Position numbers and translations under genes: made by a program
The notes under the pieces: generated by a model
Told to the model about the DNA's origin: nothing
The model's input: only the letters and a program-made list of their open reading frames with translations
Database searches by the model: none
Assembly: GCA_963818475.1 (NCBI GenBank)
Contig: CAWFSF010000006.1
Coordinates: 1,056,001-1,120,000 of the forward strand
Reading direction: 5' to 3'
DNA length: 64,000 nucleotides
DNA from: Nitrospirota bacterium
GTDB lineage: Bacteria; Nitrospirota; UBA9217
Shown: positions 53,823 to 63,949 of the stretch, one piece after another
Layout: each line of letters opens with the position of its first letter
Numbering within the stretch: the stretch's first letter is position 1

Positions 53823-53944
53823 AATGTTCCTCCCATTAGATTGTTTAGATTTCCAGTATAACGTTTAGTCCTTAAGGCTTTTTAATGGGTTTCACCTCCT
53901 TCCAAAGGCCTCAAGATTTTCTGATCTCATATTATGCAGTATTA

Positions 53945-53960
53945 TGCAGATACTGTGCCA
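53945..53960 (-). promoter_or_regulatory. Sigma54 (-24/-12) promoter of pilA
   Basis: TGGCACAGTATCTGCA = GG-N10-GC, about 125 nt upstream of the pilA ATG. Confidence 0.85.
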
Positions 53961-54019
53961 TTGTTTATCATTGTAATTTCAACTGGTTGTGCATAAGGAT
54001 TGCGGATAATTGACCTTGA

Positions 54020-54049
54020 TTGTCACACGTAGGTGACAAAAAATGGCAC
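54020..54049. promoter_or_regulatory. Probable enhancer (PilR-like activator) sites
   Basis: TTGTCAC-N6-GTGACAA palindrome overlapping GTGACA-A5-TGGCAC, 60-90 bp upstream of the -24 box; IHF-like TTTCAActggTTG at 53977-53989 in between. Confidence 0.6.
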
Positions 54050-54118
54050 ATTCAGGGGAAGTTGATGGGAGAAGAGGCATTAACCTGAAGTTCGTCAATG
54101 AATTGAACCATTTCCCTG

Positions 54119-54983
54119 TTATCCCGCGTAATAACTGTTCGCATGATAGGAGCTTCGTACGAGCGGGCCTGCAACGACATGTTTGAATCCTAAAGACATT
54201 GCTTCTTTGCGGAAAGATGCAAATTCGTCTGGAGTGTAATATTTTTCAACAGGCAGGTGGTCCTTGCCGGGCTGCAGGTATTGGCCCAGGGTCAGAATCT
54301 GGCAATCGACACCTCGTAGATCATGCATGACCGATCTCACCTCAACTGTGTCCTCCCCCAGACCGAGCATAAGTCCGGTTTTCGTTATGGCCCCGGATCG
54401 ACGGGCGCTCGACAGCAATTCAAGGGAGCGCTCGTAAAGCGCCTGGGGCCTGACTCGCGAATACAGGGAGGGTACGGTCTCCAGATTATGATTCAGCACA
54501 TCCGGCGATGCGTTCAGAACAGTTTTGAGCGATTCAGCAGATCCGCGGAAATCCGGTATGAGAACCTCCACGCGGCAGTCAGGAGACGTCTTGCGTATCG
54601 CTTTGATGGTTGCTAGCAAAGAATTCAGCTCCGCCATCAGCCAGGTCGTCCCTGGTGACCGATGTTATCACCGCATATTTCAGGTTGAGTTCGGCTACTG
54701 CCTTCGCCACCCGCTCCGGTTCATCCCAGTCGATCCCATGAGGTATGCCTTTCGGCACATTGCAGAACCGGCAGCCCCGGGTGCAGACGTTGCCCATGAT
54801 CATGAAGGTCGCGGTTCCGGCATTCCAGCACTCGCTCTGATTCGGGCAGGCAGCGCTTCTGCAGACCGTATGCAGTTTGTTGGAATGGACCTGCTTCTGG
54901 ACGTTCTTGAAGCCGTCGCCTGTGGTGAGCCTGATCTTAAACCAGGAAGGCAGCCTTTTCCTTTTCTGCTCAGCCGGTATCAT
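54119..54983 (-). CDS. lipA: Lipoyl synthase; apparent frameshift near 54615
   Basis: TVC..A.CPN..ECW, CTRGCRFC, TSV.RDDL.DGG, NHNLETV, GQYLQP, PLVRSSY. Confidence 0.95.
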
Positions 54984-57365
54984 TTATCCTTTTTTGGCGT
55001 CAAGCGCCGCTTCAACGACCTGGTCAATGGTGTCGGCGAAGATGAAGTGCATCTCCTTCCGGAGCTCTTCAGGCACATCGTCAAGGTCATTCTTGTTCTT
55101 TTCCGGAAGGATGACGGTCTTGATCCCTGCCCTTCTTGCCGCGAGCACTTTTTCCTTTACCCCGCCGATCGGCATCACCTTGCCCCGCAGCGTTATTTCT
55201 CCGGTCATGGCCACGTCGTGCTTTGCCACTCTGCCGGTGAGCATGGACACGATCGCTGTGGTCATGGTGACGCCGGCCGACGGCCCGTCTTTTGGTATGG
55301 CGCCCGCAGGCACATGGATGTGGATATCCGACTTTTCAAAGAAATCGCGGTTTATCCCGAATGCTTCCGTCTGGGAGCGGACATAGGAAAGCGCGGCTTG
55401 CGCTGATTCCTTCATTACGTCACCGAGCTGGCCCGTGAGCGTCAGCTGCTTATTCCCCGGCATCATCGTTGCTTCGATAAAAAGGATGTCCCCTCCCGTC
55501 GGGGTCCATGCCAGGCCCGTAACCACACCAGGCCGGTCGATCATGACGGCAGTTTCAGCAAAGAATTTCGGATTACCGAGGTAATCGTGGAGACTTTGCA
55601 CCGTGACCGTGATCGGCGTGGGTTTGCCTTCAGCCACAGCTTTGGCGACCTTGCGACAGACGTTCGCGATCTCCCGCTCCACATTCCGGACTCCGGCCTC
55701 GCGGGTGTAGTCCTTGATAATGCTCCTGAGCGCTTCTTCTTCGATTACGATCTCTTCTGCATTAAGAGCATTTGCCTTGATCTCTTTTGGAATGAGATAT
55801 TTTTTTGCAATGTTCAGTTTTTCGTGCTCGGTATACCCGGGCAGGCGAAGCATTTCCATGCGGTCAAGGAGCGGCGCCGGGATCGTATCGAGCTGGTTCG
55901 CCGTGGTGATGAACATGACCTGGGAGAGATCAAAGGGCACATCCAGATAATTGTCCCTGAAATCCTTGTTCTGCTCCGGATCGAGCACTTCGAGCAGCGC
56001 TGACGAAGGATCGCCGCGCCAGTCCGCTCCGACCTTGTCCACTTCGTCGAGCATGATAACCGGGTCTTTGGTCTCCACACGCTTGATCGCCTGAATGATC
56101 CGGCCGGGCATGGCGCCGATATACGTGCGCCGGTGTCCGCGGATCTCGGCTTCATCGTGGAGGCCTCCCAGGGACATGCGCATGAACTTCCGGTCCAAAG
56201 CCCGCGCGATGGACTGGCCCAGAGAGGTTTTGCCGACGCCCGGAGGGCCGACGAAACAGAGGATGGGCTCCCGCATCTTGGTGCCCGCCTGCGTTCCCCG
56301 GTCCTGCCCCAGTTTTTTGACCGCAAGGTATTCCAGAATCCGGTCCTTTACCTTTTCCAGATCGTAATGGTCCTCATCGAGCGTGGCCCGTGCTTTCAAA
56401 ATATCGATGGGCGACGATGAGGTTTTGCTCCAGGGAAGGCCGGTCATCCATTCAAGATAGGTGCGAATGACCGAATATTCGGGCGAAGACGCGTTGAGCT
56501 TTTCCATGCGCGCAAGCTCCCGCTTCGATTCTTTTTCCGCTTCAGGCGTCATCTTCGCTTCTTCGATCTTTTCACGGAGGCTTTTTATCTCCGAGCCCTC
56601 GTCGCTCTCTTCACCCAGTTCCTTGCGAATGGCCGAGAGCTGCTGCCTCAGCAGGTACTCGCGTTCAGCTTTCTGCATCTGATCGCGGGCCTTTCCCTGG
56701 ATCTTTTTGCCGAGTTCGAGCACTTCGACCTCGCGGTTCAGATGCTGCATCAGTTTCGTAAGTTTGTCATGGACCGGGTCGGTTTCGAGGAGTTCCTGCC
56801 GCTGCGCCAGGTCCAGCCTGATGTTCGTTGCGATCAGGTATGCAAGCTGTCGGGGATTGTCGATGTTGACGGCAGCGGCGGAAAGTTCTTCCGGCATGTT
56901 CGGCGTAAGCGAAACAAGCTTCTGGAAGGTCTCGGAAAGACCGCGCATGAGCGCTTCGGTCTCTACGGTGTTGTCGATAACGTCCGGCAGCGCCCTGGCC
57001 CGTGCTCTGAGATAGGGTTCATTCTGCGTGAGGTTGAGAATGCTGATGCGTTCGATACCCTGCACGAGAACCCGGAGCGTACCATCAGGGATCTTGATCA
57101 TTTGCAGAATGCGGGCCATCGTTCCTGTCGCATAGACATCATCAAGGTTTGCAACCTCGATATCGGCCCTCTTCTGGGACGTAAGGCCGAGGATCTTGTC
57201 TCCTATCGTCACTTCATTGATAAGCTTGATCGATTTTTCCTTGCCGATCACGAGCGGGTAAACGGTAAGAGGATAGACTACCGTGTCCTTCAGGGGAAGG
57301 AGCGGAAGTTCTTCGGGTACGGTTGGCATGGTGTTGATATCGGTTTCAGGCTCTGTGGTGTCCAT
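54984..57365 (-). CDS. lon: ATP-dependent Lon protease
   Basis: LPLLPL N-domain, GPPGVGKTS, PKDGPSAG, PIGG.KEK. Confidence 0.98.
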   Translation of the reverse strand: MDTTEPETDINTMPTVPEELPLLPLKDTVVYPLTVYPLVIGKEKSIKLINEVTIGDKILGLTSQKRADIEVANLDDVYATGTMARILQMIKIPDGTLRVLVQGIERISILNLTQNEPYLRARARALPDVIDNTVETEALMRGLSETFQKLVSLTPNMPEELSAAAVNIDNPRQLAYLIATNIRLDLAQRQELLETDPVHDKLTKLMQHLNREVEVLELGKKIQGKARDQMQKAEREYLLRQQLSAIRKELGEESDEGSEIKSLREKIEEAKMTPEAEKESKRELARMEKLNASSPEYSVIRTYLEWMTGLPWSKTSSSPIDILKARATLDEDHYDLEKVKDRILEYLAVKKLGQDRGTQAGTKMREPILCFVGPPGVGKTSLGQSIARALDRKFMRMSLGGLHDEAEIRGHRRTYIGAMPGRIIQAIKRVETKDPVIMLDEVDKVGADWRGDPSSALLEVLDPEQNKDFRDNYLDVPFDLSQVMFITTANQLDTIPAPLLDRMEMLRLPGYTEHEKLNIAKKYLIPKEIKANALNAEEIVIEEEALRSIIKDYTREAGVRNVEREIANVCRKVAKAVAEGKPTPITVTVQSLHDYLGNPKFFAETAVMIDRPGVVTGLAWTPTGGDILFIEATMMPGNKQLTLTGQLGDVMKESAQAALSYVRSQTEAFGINRDFFEKSDIHIHVPAGAIPKDGPSAGVTMTTAIVSMLTGRVAKHDVAMTGEITLRGKVMPIGGVKEKVLAARRAGIKTVILPEKNKNDLDDVPEELRKEMHFIFADTIDQVVEAALDAKKG

Positions 57366-57438
57366 GGCATCGCTCCTGGTCGGTTTAGTGAGAAGTTTTT
57401 CGAAAATATCTCTGATCTTCAAAATAGTTCCCCGGTTT

Positions 57439-57840
57439 TTACAGCAGTTTTTTGAGCCTGATCTCCAGAAGACCGTTATGATACTCTGCGGTGACGCTTT
57501 CGTGGTCCACCGGGGACACCAGGCCGACTTCTGATCTGAAACTGCCGTACTTGATCCCCAACTGGTGGCAGGAATGGGTGTCAATGAATGCGGGCTGGTC
57601 CCGCTTGCCCTCAACGACCAGAAGATCGCTGAAAAGCGTGATGGTCATGTCCTCCTCCCTGATGCCGGCAAGTTCCATGACGACAACCAGGTCGAATGCG
57701 GTTTCGTATACATCGGTTGGCGGTCGCCAGATAATCGCTGATGGCGCAGGCCAGGACCCAAAGGATTCCCAAACAACGCTATAGGCATCGAATGGCTGGG
57801 ATTTTCTTGCATATTTATACGCGATATAGCGATAGCGCAA
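57439..57840 (-). CDS. Hsp20/alpha-crystallin family protein
   Basis: WRPPTDVYET, ELAG, I.YGSF, A.Y.NGLLEI.L.K. Confidence 0.88.
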   Translation of the reverse strand: MRYRYIAYKYARKSQPFDAYSVVWESFGSWPAPSAIIWRPPTDVYETAFDLVVVMELAGIREEDMTITLFSDLLVVEGKRDQPAFIDTHSCHQLGIKYGSFRSEVGLVSPVDHESVTAEYHNGLLEIRLKKLL

Positions 57841-57918
57841 TCAATGCACCTCCTTTTTATCGCCAGAATACTTCTTTTTTTCAGTATAACGCGTTTTCTA
57901 CTAATTTAAAACTTCAAA

Positions 57919-57947
57919 ATAGTATCAAAATCGGATGCCTCTGTCAA
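57919..57947 (-). promoter_or_regulatory. Putative sigma70 promoter for hsp20-lon-lipA
   Basis: TTGACA-17bp-TACTAT with extended TG. Confidence 0.6.
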
Positions 57948-58259
57948 AGAATCCAGAAAAAAGATGCTTGACAAGAACAAACCGTGCAAGGTCCAAACAT
58001 GATAAAACAATAAAATGAGAAAAAAAGTAGCGTAATATGCAGCATGATGTGTTTTTTTTGATATACTCAATTTCAAGAGAGTGAGCAGCATGTCAGAACG
58101 AAATATCCTGACAGCTTCAGCACAAGTATCAGCGTTGATCGATAGTAATACCCTGATATGTTTAGCGTTTCTCCTGCAGGCTTCGACCGGCTAGTTAATC
58201 AACGATGAATTAAGAAGCGTACATAAAGTACATAATTTCTTCACAAGGAGGGGGAATCT

Positions 58260-61200
58260 ATGGCTGTATCGCGACGGGATTTTATGAAGATCTCCGGAAG
58301 CACTGTTTTGCTCGGGTCTCTTGGCATAAGCCTCGAACCTGCAAAGGCCTATGCTCAAGGGCTGAGGATCAAGGACGCCAAAGAAACGTACACGGTCTGC
58401 CCCTACTGCTCGGTCGGATGCGGGATCATCGTCCATACCAAGGATGGAAAGGTCGTCAACACCGAGGGAGACCCGGATCATCCGATCAACGAGGGCACGC
58501 TCTGCTCCAAGGGCGCATCGCTTTACCAGATCATCAACAACGAGAAGCGCGTGCTCAAGCCCCGGTACCGTGCTGCCGGCGCGACCGAGTGGAAAGAGGT
58601 GGAGTGGGACTGGACGCTCGACAAGATCGCCCGGAACGATCAAGGACACCCGGGACCGCACCTTCAAGGCCACCTCGAAGATCACAAGGTGAAGGAAAAA
58701 CTTCCTGACGGGACCGAGCGCGAAACGGAGAAGGAGCTCACCGTCAACCGGACCGACGGAATCGCCCACGTGGGGAGCGCGGCCCTGGACAACGAGGAAT
58801 GCTACATGCTCCAGAAGATGCTCCGGTCATGGGGCGTCGCGGCCATCGAACATCAGGCCCGCATTTGACACTCGCCCACTGTAGCGGCTCTGGCAGAGTC
58901 GTTCGGACGCGGCGCAATGACGAATCACTGGATCGATATCCGTAATGCAGATGTAGTCCTTGTCATGGGGTCGAACCCCGCAGAGAACCACCCCATTTCC
59001 ATGAAATGGATCATGAAGGCCAGGGAGGAACGGGGCGCAAAGCTCGTGGTCGTGGATCCGCGCTTCACCCGGACGGCGGCCAAGGCCGATGTGTACGCGC
59101 CCATGCGCTCGGGCACGGACATCCCCTTCCTCGGCGGGCATGATCAAGTACATCATCGACAATAACCTCTACTTCAGGGAGTACGTGGTAAACTACACCA
59201 ACGCTTCGTTCCTGGTGAACCCCGATTTCAAGGGACCGGGAGAGCTGGACGGCCTGTTCTCGGGTTACAACGACAAGGCCAGGAAGTACGACAAGAAGAC
59301 CTGGTCGTACCAGGTCGGTGAGGACGGGATTCCGAAGAAGGATCGCGAGCCTCCAGAATCCGAACTGCGTATTACAGCGCATGAAAAAGCATTACTCCCG
59401 TTACACCCTTGATAAAGTCTCCAGCATCACCGGCACGCCCAAGGAGAAGCTCGAGGAGGTTTATAAGGTCTATGCCTCCACGGGGAAGCGCGATCGGGTG
59501 GGGACCGAGCTCTATGCCATGGGCTGGACCCAGCATACCATCGGCACCCAGAACATCCGGGCCATGGCCATTGTCCAGCTCCTTTTGGGGAACATGGGCA
59601 TGGCCGGCGGCGGCATCAATGCCCTCCGGGGCGAGAGCAACGTCCAGGGAAGCACTGACCAAGGACTCCTGTTCAATGTGCTCCCGGCATATAATGCCGT
59701 GCCCACGGCAACGGTCACGGACCTGAACGCCTATATCGAGAAGTTCACGCCCAAGACCAAGGACCCCAAGAGCGTCAACTGGCTCGGGAACCGTAACAAG
59801 TACATTGTGAGTTATTTGAAGGCCGTCTACGGTCCCAGCGCCACGAAGGAGAACGACTTCGGATACGCCTGGATCCCGAAACTTGACGAGGGCATGAACC
59901 TCTCGTGGCTCAACCTCTTCGACAACATGCTGAATGGGAAGTACGAGGGGTTCTTCGCCTGGGGCCAGAACCCGGCCTGCTCCGGCTCGAACGCGGGCAA
60001 GGTGCGGAAGGCCCTGGCCAAGCTCAAGTGGATGGTGAACGTCAACCTCTTCGACAATGAGACCGGCTCCTTCTGGCGCGGCCCGGGCCTGACTCCCAAG
60101 GACGTCCAGACCGAGGTATTCTTCCTTCCCTGCGCCTCGTCCGTGGAAAAGGAGGGAAGCATCACCAACTCCGGCCGCTGGGCCCAGTGGCGCTTCAAGG
60201 CCATCGAGCCCATGGGGCAGTCCATGCCGGACTCGGAGATCATGAATGAGCTCTTCTTCCGGGTGAAGGAGCTCTACAAGAAGGAAGGCGGCAAGTATCC
60301 CGGCACCCATCGTAAACCTGACCTGGGACTACGGCGAGAAGAACGCCTCGGGCAAAGTCACGAAGGTGGACATCAACAACGTGGCCAAGGAGATCAACGG
60401 GTATTACCTTGCCGACGTCTATGACAAGAAGGCCACGCCGCCCAAACTCCTGGGCAAGAAAGGCGAGCTCTGTGCTACCTTCGCCCACCTCCAGGCTGAC
60501 GGCACCACCTCCTGCGGGAACTGGATCTACAGCCAGAGCTACACTCAGAAGGAAGGCAAGGTCATCAACATGATGGCGCGGCGGGGCAAGAACGATCCCA
60601 CGGGCCTCGGCATGTATCCAGAGTGGACCTGGGCCTGGCCGGTGAACCGCAGGATCATCTACAACCGGGCCGCCGTGGACCTCGAGGGCAGACCCTGGGA
60701 CCCGAAACGTGCCGTCCTCAAGTGGGACCCGAACAAGGAAGATCCCGCGACCAAGAAGCCTGGGGCTTGGGTGGGCGACGTGCCCGATGGACCAGCGCCG
60801 CCCATGGCAAAGGAAACAGGCAAGTACCCATTCATCATGATGTCCGAGGGCAAGGGCGCACTCTTCGGCCCAGGACTGGCCGAAGGCCCCTTCCCGGAAC
60901 ATTACGAAGCGCTCGAGTGTCCGCTGGAAGAGAACCTCATGTCCAAGCAGCGGATCAACCCGACGGTCAAGCTTTTCGGCGGGAAAGATGACGCCTACTT
61001 CTCCTGCGACGTGCGCTATCCCTTTGTGGCGACCACGTACCGGGTGTCGGAGCACTGGCAGACGGGTGTCATGACCAGGCACCAGCCCTGGCAGCTCGAG
61101 ATGCAGCCCCAGGTGTTCGTGGAGATGAGCGAGGAACTGGCAAAGGAAAAGGGCATCAGGAACGGCGACAAGGCGATCGTCACCTCGGCTCGCGGCGAGC

Positions 61201-61415
61201 TCTGGGCCGTGGCCATGGTGACCAACCGGTTCAAGCCCTTCAAGATCGCGGGCTCCACCGTCCACCAGGTGGGCCTGCCCTGGCACTTCGGATGGCAATT
61301 CCCCGAGGACGGCAGCGGCGGCGAGAGCGCGAATCTGCTGACGCCGACTGTCGGCGATGCAAATACCATGATCCCCGAGACGAAGGCCTTCATGGTCAAC
61401 GTCCGGAAGGCATAG
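58260..61415 (+). CDS. fdnG: Selenocysteine-containing, Tat-exported formate dehydrogenase alpha subunit (Fdh-N type); several apparent indels (about 58640-58690, 59135, 59345, 60305)
   Basis: SRRDFMK Tat motif; CPYCSVGC...LCSKG; HQARI-TGA(58866)-HSPTV..L..SFGRGAMTNHW; ALRGESNVQG; TTYR..EHW; PETKAFMVN. Confidence 0.94.
58883..58903 (+). promoter_or_regulatory. Bacterial SECIS hairpin
   Basis: AGCGGCTCT-GGC-AGAGTCGTT stem-loop with G-rich loop, starting about 14 nt after the in-frame TGA. Confidence 0.75.
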
Positions 61416-61425
61416 GGGGTGAACC

Positions 61426-62201
61426 ATGTCGACAACACCGAATAAGAACAATCGGAAAGCGATTCTGGTCACGCCCGAGGTCTGCATCGGATGCCGCGGC
61501 TGCCAGACGGCGTGCAAGTCCTGGAACCAGCTCCGGGGCATTTCGACGAAGAACCGCGGCAGCGTCCAGAACCCGCCGGACCTCGCGCCCCATACCTACA
61601 ACATCATCCGGTACAGCGAGCTGCCGTCGGAGGCTAATCCCATGCGCTGGCTCTTCATCAGCAGGCGGTGCATGCACTGCGACGACGCGGGCTGCATGAA
61701 GATCTGCCCCGCGCCCGGCGCGCTCTACAAGACGAAGGAAGGCGCAGTAGCCTTCGACCGGGACAAGTGCATCGGGTGCAGGCTCTGCGTTGCGGGCTGT
61801 CCCTTCGACGTGCCGCGGTACGACCAGGACAACAAGGTCCAGAAGTGCCATCTCTGCTTCGACCGGATCGCTGAAGGCCTGTCGCCGGCCTGCACCAAGA
61901 TCTGCCCCACGGGTGCGCTCAAGTTCGGCGGACCGGGACGAACTCATTGCAGTCGGCTAAAAAGGCCGGCTACGCCAAGATTTACGGCGAGGCGGACCTG
62001 GGCGGCCTCGGGTCGATCTTCGCGTTCAGGGAAGCGCCGAAGATCTACGGCTACGCCGACAAACCGAACATCCCGGAAAGCGTCATCTTCTGGCATAACG
62101 TGCTCAAACCGCTTGCGGTCATCGGCCTCGGCGGAGTTGTAGCCGGCGCTTTGATCCATTATGCCGTGATCGGACCGCATAAAGATGAGGAGGTGAAATA
62201 A
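61426..62201 (+). CDS. fdnH: Formate dehydrogenase beta (4x[4Fe-4S]) subunit with C-terminal TM; apparent frameshift near 61935
   Basis: CIGCRGCQTAC, CMHC...GC...CP, CIGC.LC..GCP, KCHLC.DR, PAC.K.CPTGAL; TM tail in ORF 61947-62201. Confidence 0.92.
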
Positions 62202-62202
62202 C

Positions 62203-62811
62203 ATGGGCGAGATGGTGAGAAAAGCAACGATTGAAGAGATCATCAATCATTGGATACTGGCGGTCAGCTGTATCCTGCTGATCATTACGGGCTATGCCTT
62301 CCTTTTCAAACTCGAGCAGGTCGGTGTGGTATTCGGCGGGTTCAATGGCATGAGGGTCGTGCATAATTGGACTGGTGTGATATTCACCGTGTCCCTGTTC
62401 GGCACCTTGTTCAACTATCTTCATGAAGCGTTGGATATGAGCCGTGATGACTGGAACTGGATAAAGCTAGGGGGCGGGTATCTCACGAAGGCGCATGTAG
62501 CGGTTCCACCGATGGGAAAAATAAATACGGGCCAAAAACTGTACTACCTGGCGATCTTGGCAGCCGGGCTCGGGATCGCGGCATCAGGATTCGCCATCTG
62601 GCTCGTATCGGGCATGCGGACACTTACGATAGTATCTCATCTGGTCCACAATCTTGCCTTTATCCTGTTCGTGGTGGCCGTGCCTGCCCATATCTATCTC
62701 GGCACGTTTGCCAACCCCGGGCTGCTTCAGATCATGATCAACGGCATGGTTCCGCTTGAAGTAGCCAGGAAGAGATATCCGAAATGGATGAAGGAGATCG
62801 GAAAGCTGTAA
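62203..62811 (+). CDS. fdnI: Formate dehydrogenase gamma (cytochrome b) subunit
   Basis: INHW, VHNW.G, GK.N.GQK, VH...AHIY: four His heme ligands on four TMs. Confidence 0.92.
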   Translation: MGEMVRKATIEEIINHWILAVSCILLIITGYAFLFKLEQVGVVFGGFNGMRVVHNWTGVIFTVSLFGTLFNYLHEALDMSRDDWNWIKLGGGYLTKAHVAVPPMGKINTGQKLYYLAILAAGLGIAASGFAIWLVSGMRTLTIVSHLVHNLAFILFVVAVPAHIYLGTFANPGLLQIMINGMVPLEVARKRYPKWMKEIGKL

Positions 62812-62855
62812 TAATGTCTTTTTTCCTTGAACTGTAAGGATCGGTCAAAAAATAG

Positions 62856-62894
62856 AAAGACCCGCTTTCAGCCACAACCTGAAAGCGGGTCTTT
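62856..62894. terminator. Bidirectional terminator between fdnI and htpX
   Basis: AAAGACCCGCTTTCAG-7nt-CTGAAAGCGGGTCTTT perfect 16-bp stem with A and T runs on the flanks. Confidence 0.85.
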
Positions 62895-62901
62895 AGTTTT
62901 T

Positions 62902-62933
62902 AATTCCGAATTCCGCAATCCGAATTCCGAAAT
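62902..62933. repeat. Heptamer tandem repeat
   Basis: AATTCCG AATTCCG CAATCCG AATTCCG AAAT. Confidence 0.7.
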
Positions 62934-62937
62934 GTTT

Positions 62938-63796
62938 TTACGACCTTCCCCTCGCCAGATCATTCAGCCGCTGCACCCGCTCTTCGATGGGAGGATGGGT
63001 GCTGAAAAGCTTCATCAAACCTCCGCCGGTCAGCGGATTCACGATGAACATGTGTGCAGTGGCAGGCTTGGCGATCCGTCATCGGTATCATTTGAGATCC
63101 CTTTTCCAGCTTCAGGAGCGCGTTTGACAGCCCTGAGGGGCTTCCCGCAATGCCGGCGCCGCCTTTGTCCGCTTCGAACTCCCGTGAGCGGGAAATTGCC
63201 ATCTGCACCAGCATGGCGGCGATGGGAGCAACGATCATCATGACGATCGCCACGATTGGATTCCCTCCCTCGTCATCATCGCTCCTGTGTCCCCCGCCGA
63301 AGATCATCGACCACTGGGCCATCTGGGCGAGCATGCTGATCGCGCCGGCAATGGTAGCCACCATGGTGCCGGTCAGCATATCGCGGTGTTTGATGTGGGC
63401 CAGCTCATGGGCGATGACGCCGGCCAGCTCCTCGCGGGAAAGGATGCGCATGATCCCCTGCGTAACCGCCACGACCGCATGCTCCGGGTTGCGGCCTGTG
63501 GCAAAGGCGTTGGGTGTTTCATCAGGAATAATGTATACGGTCGGCATGGGCATCCCTGCCTTCTGGACCAATGTGTGCACTATCGCATAGAGCTCGGGCG
63601 CTTCTGCTTCGGTCACGGGCTGGGCTTTGTACATCCTGAGGACTATTTTATCGCTGAACCAGTACATCCCCACGTTCGTTATGGTGGCGATCATAAGGGC
63701 CATGATCATGCCGCCCCTGCCCCCGAGTGCTCCGCCGATAGCAACGAACAGCACCACGAGGAAAGTCATTAAACCTACTGTCTTTACCGTGTTCAT
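62938..63796 (-). CDS. htpX: Zinc metalloprotease HtpX; apparent frameshift near 63075
   Basis: [22 protein letters not shown]; conserved AHMFIVNP...LFSTHPP.EERV.RL in the other frame to TAA at 62938. Confidence 0.95.
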
Positions 63797-63892
63797 AAAC
63801 TCCGTCAACCTCCGTTAAAATGATCGTTTGACTACTGCTTCAAATTACCACAGTAGTCCCTCTTCGTCAATATAAAGGAAAATACTTTTCTA

Positions 63893-63921
63893 TTGACAAG
63901 GTAGGGCCACTTTGTTATATT
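63893..63921 (+). promoter_or_regulatory. Sigma70 promoter for tRNA-Gly
   Basis: TTGACA-17bp-TATATT with extended TG. Confidence 0.7.
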
Positions 63922-63949
63922 TGCCAAGTCAAAACGCAGGAAACACACT

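Noticed and set aside
57366-57614. N-terminal extension of Lon in the ORF track
   Set aside because: It overlaps hsp20; the SD (AGGAG) and homology point to ATG 57365.
58219-58236. GTACATAAA-GTACATAAT direct repeat upstream of fdnG as an operator
   Set aside because: Only two 9-bp units in AT-rich DNA, and no regulator can be assigned; too weak to report.
58866-58868. Premature stop suggesting an fdnG pseudogene
   Set aside because: It is at the conserved Sec/Cys ligand position, the frame continues with conserved sequence, and a SECIS-like hairpin follows.
54119-62811. Functional link between formate dehydrogenase and the pilin island (formate-driven extracellular electron transfer)
   Set aside because: They are divergently transcribed and separated by lipA-lon-hsp20; proximity alone is not evidence.
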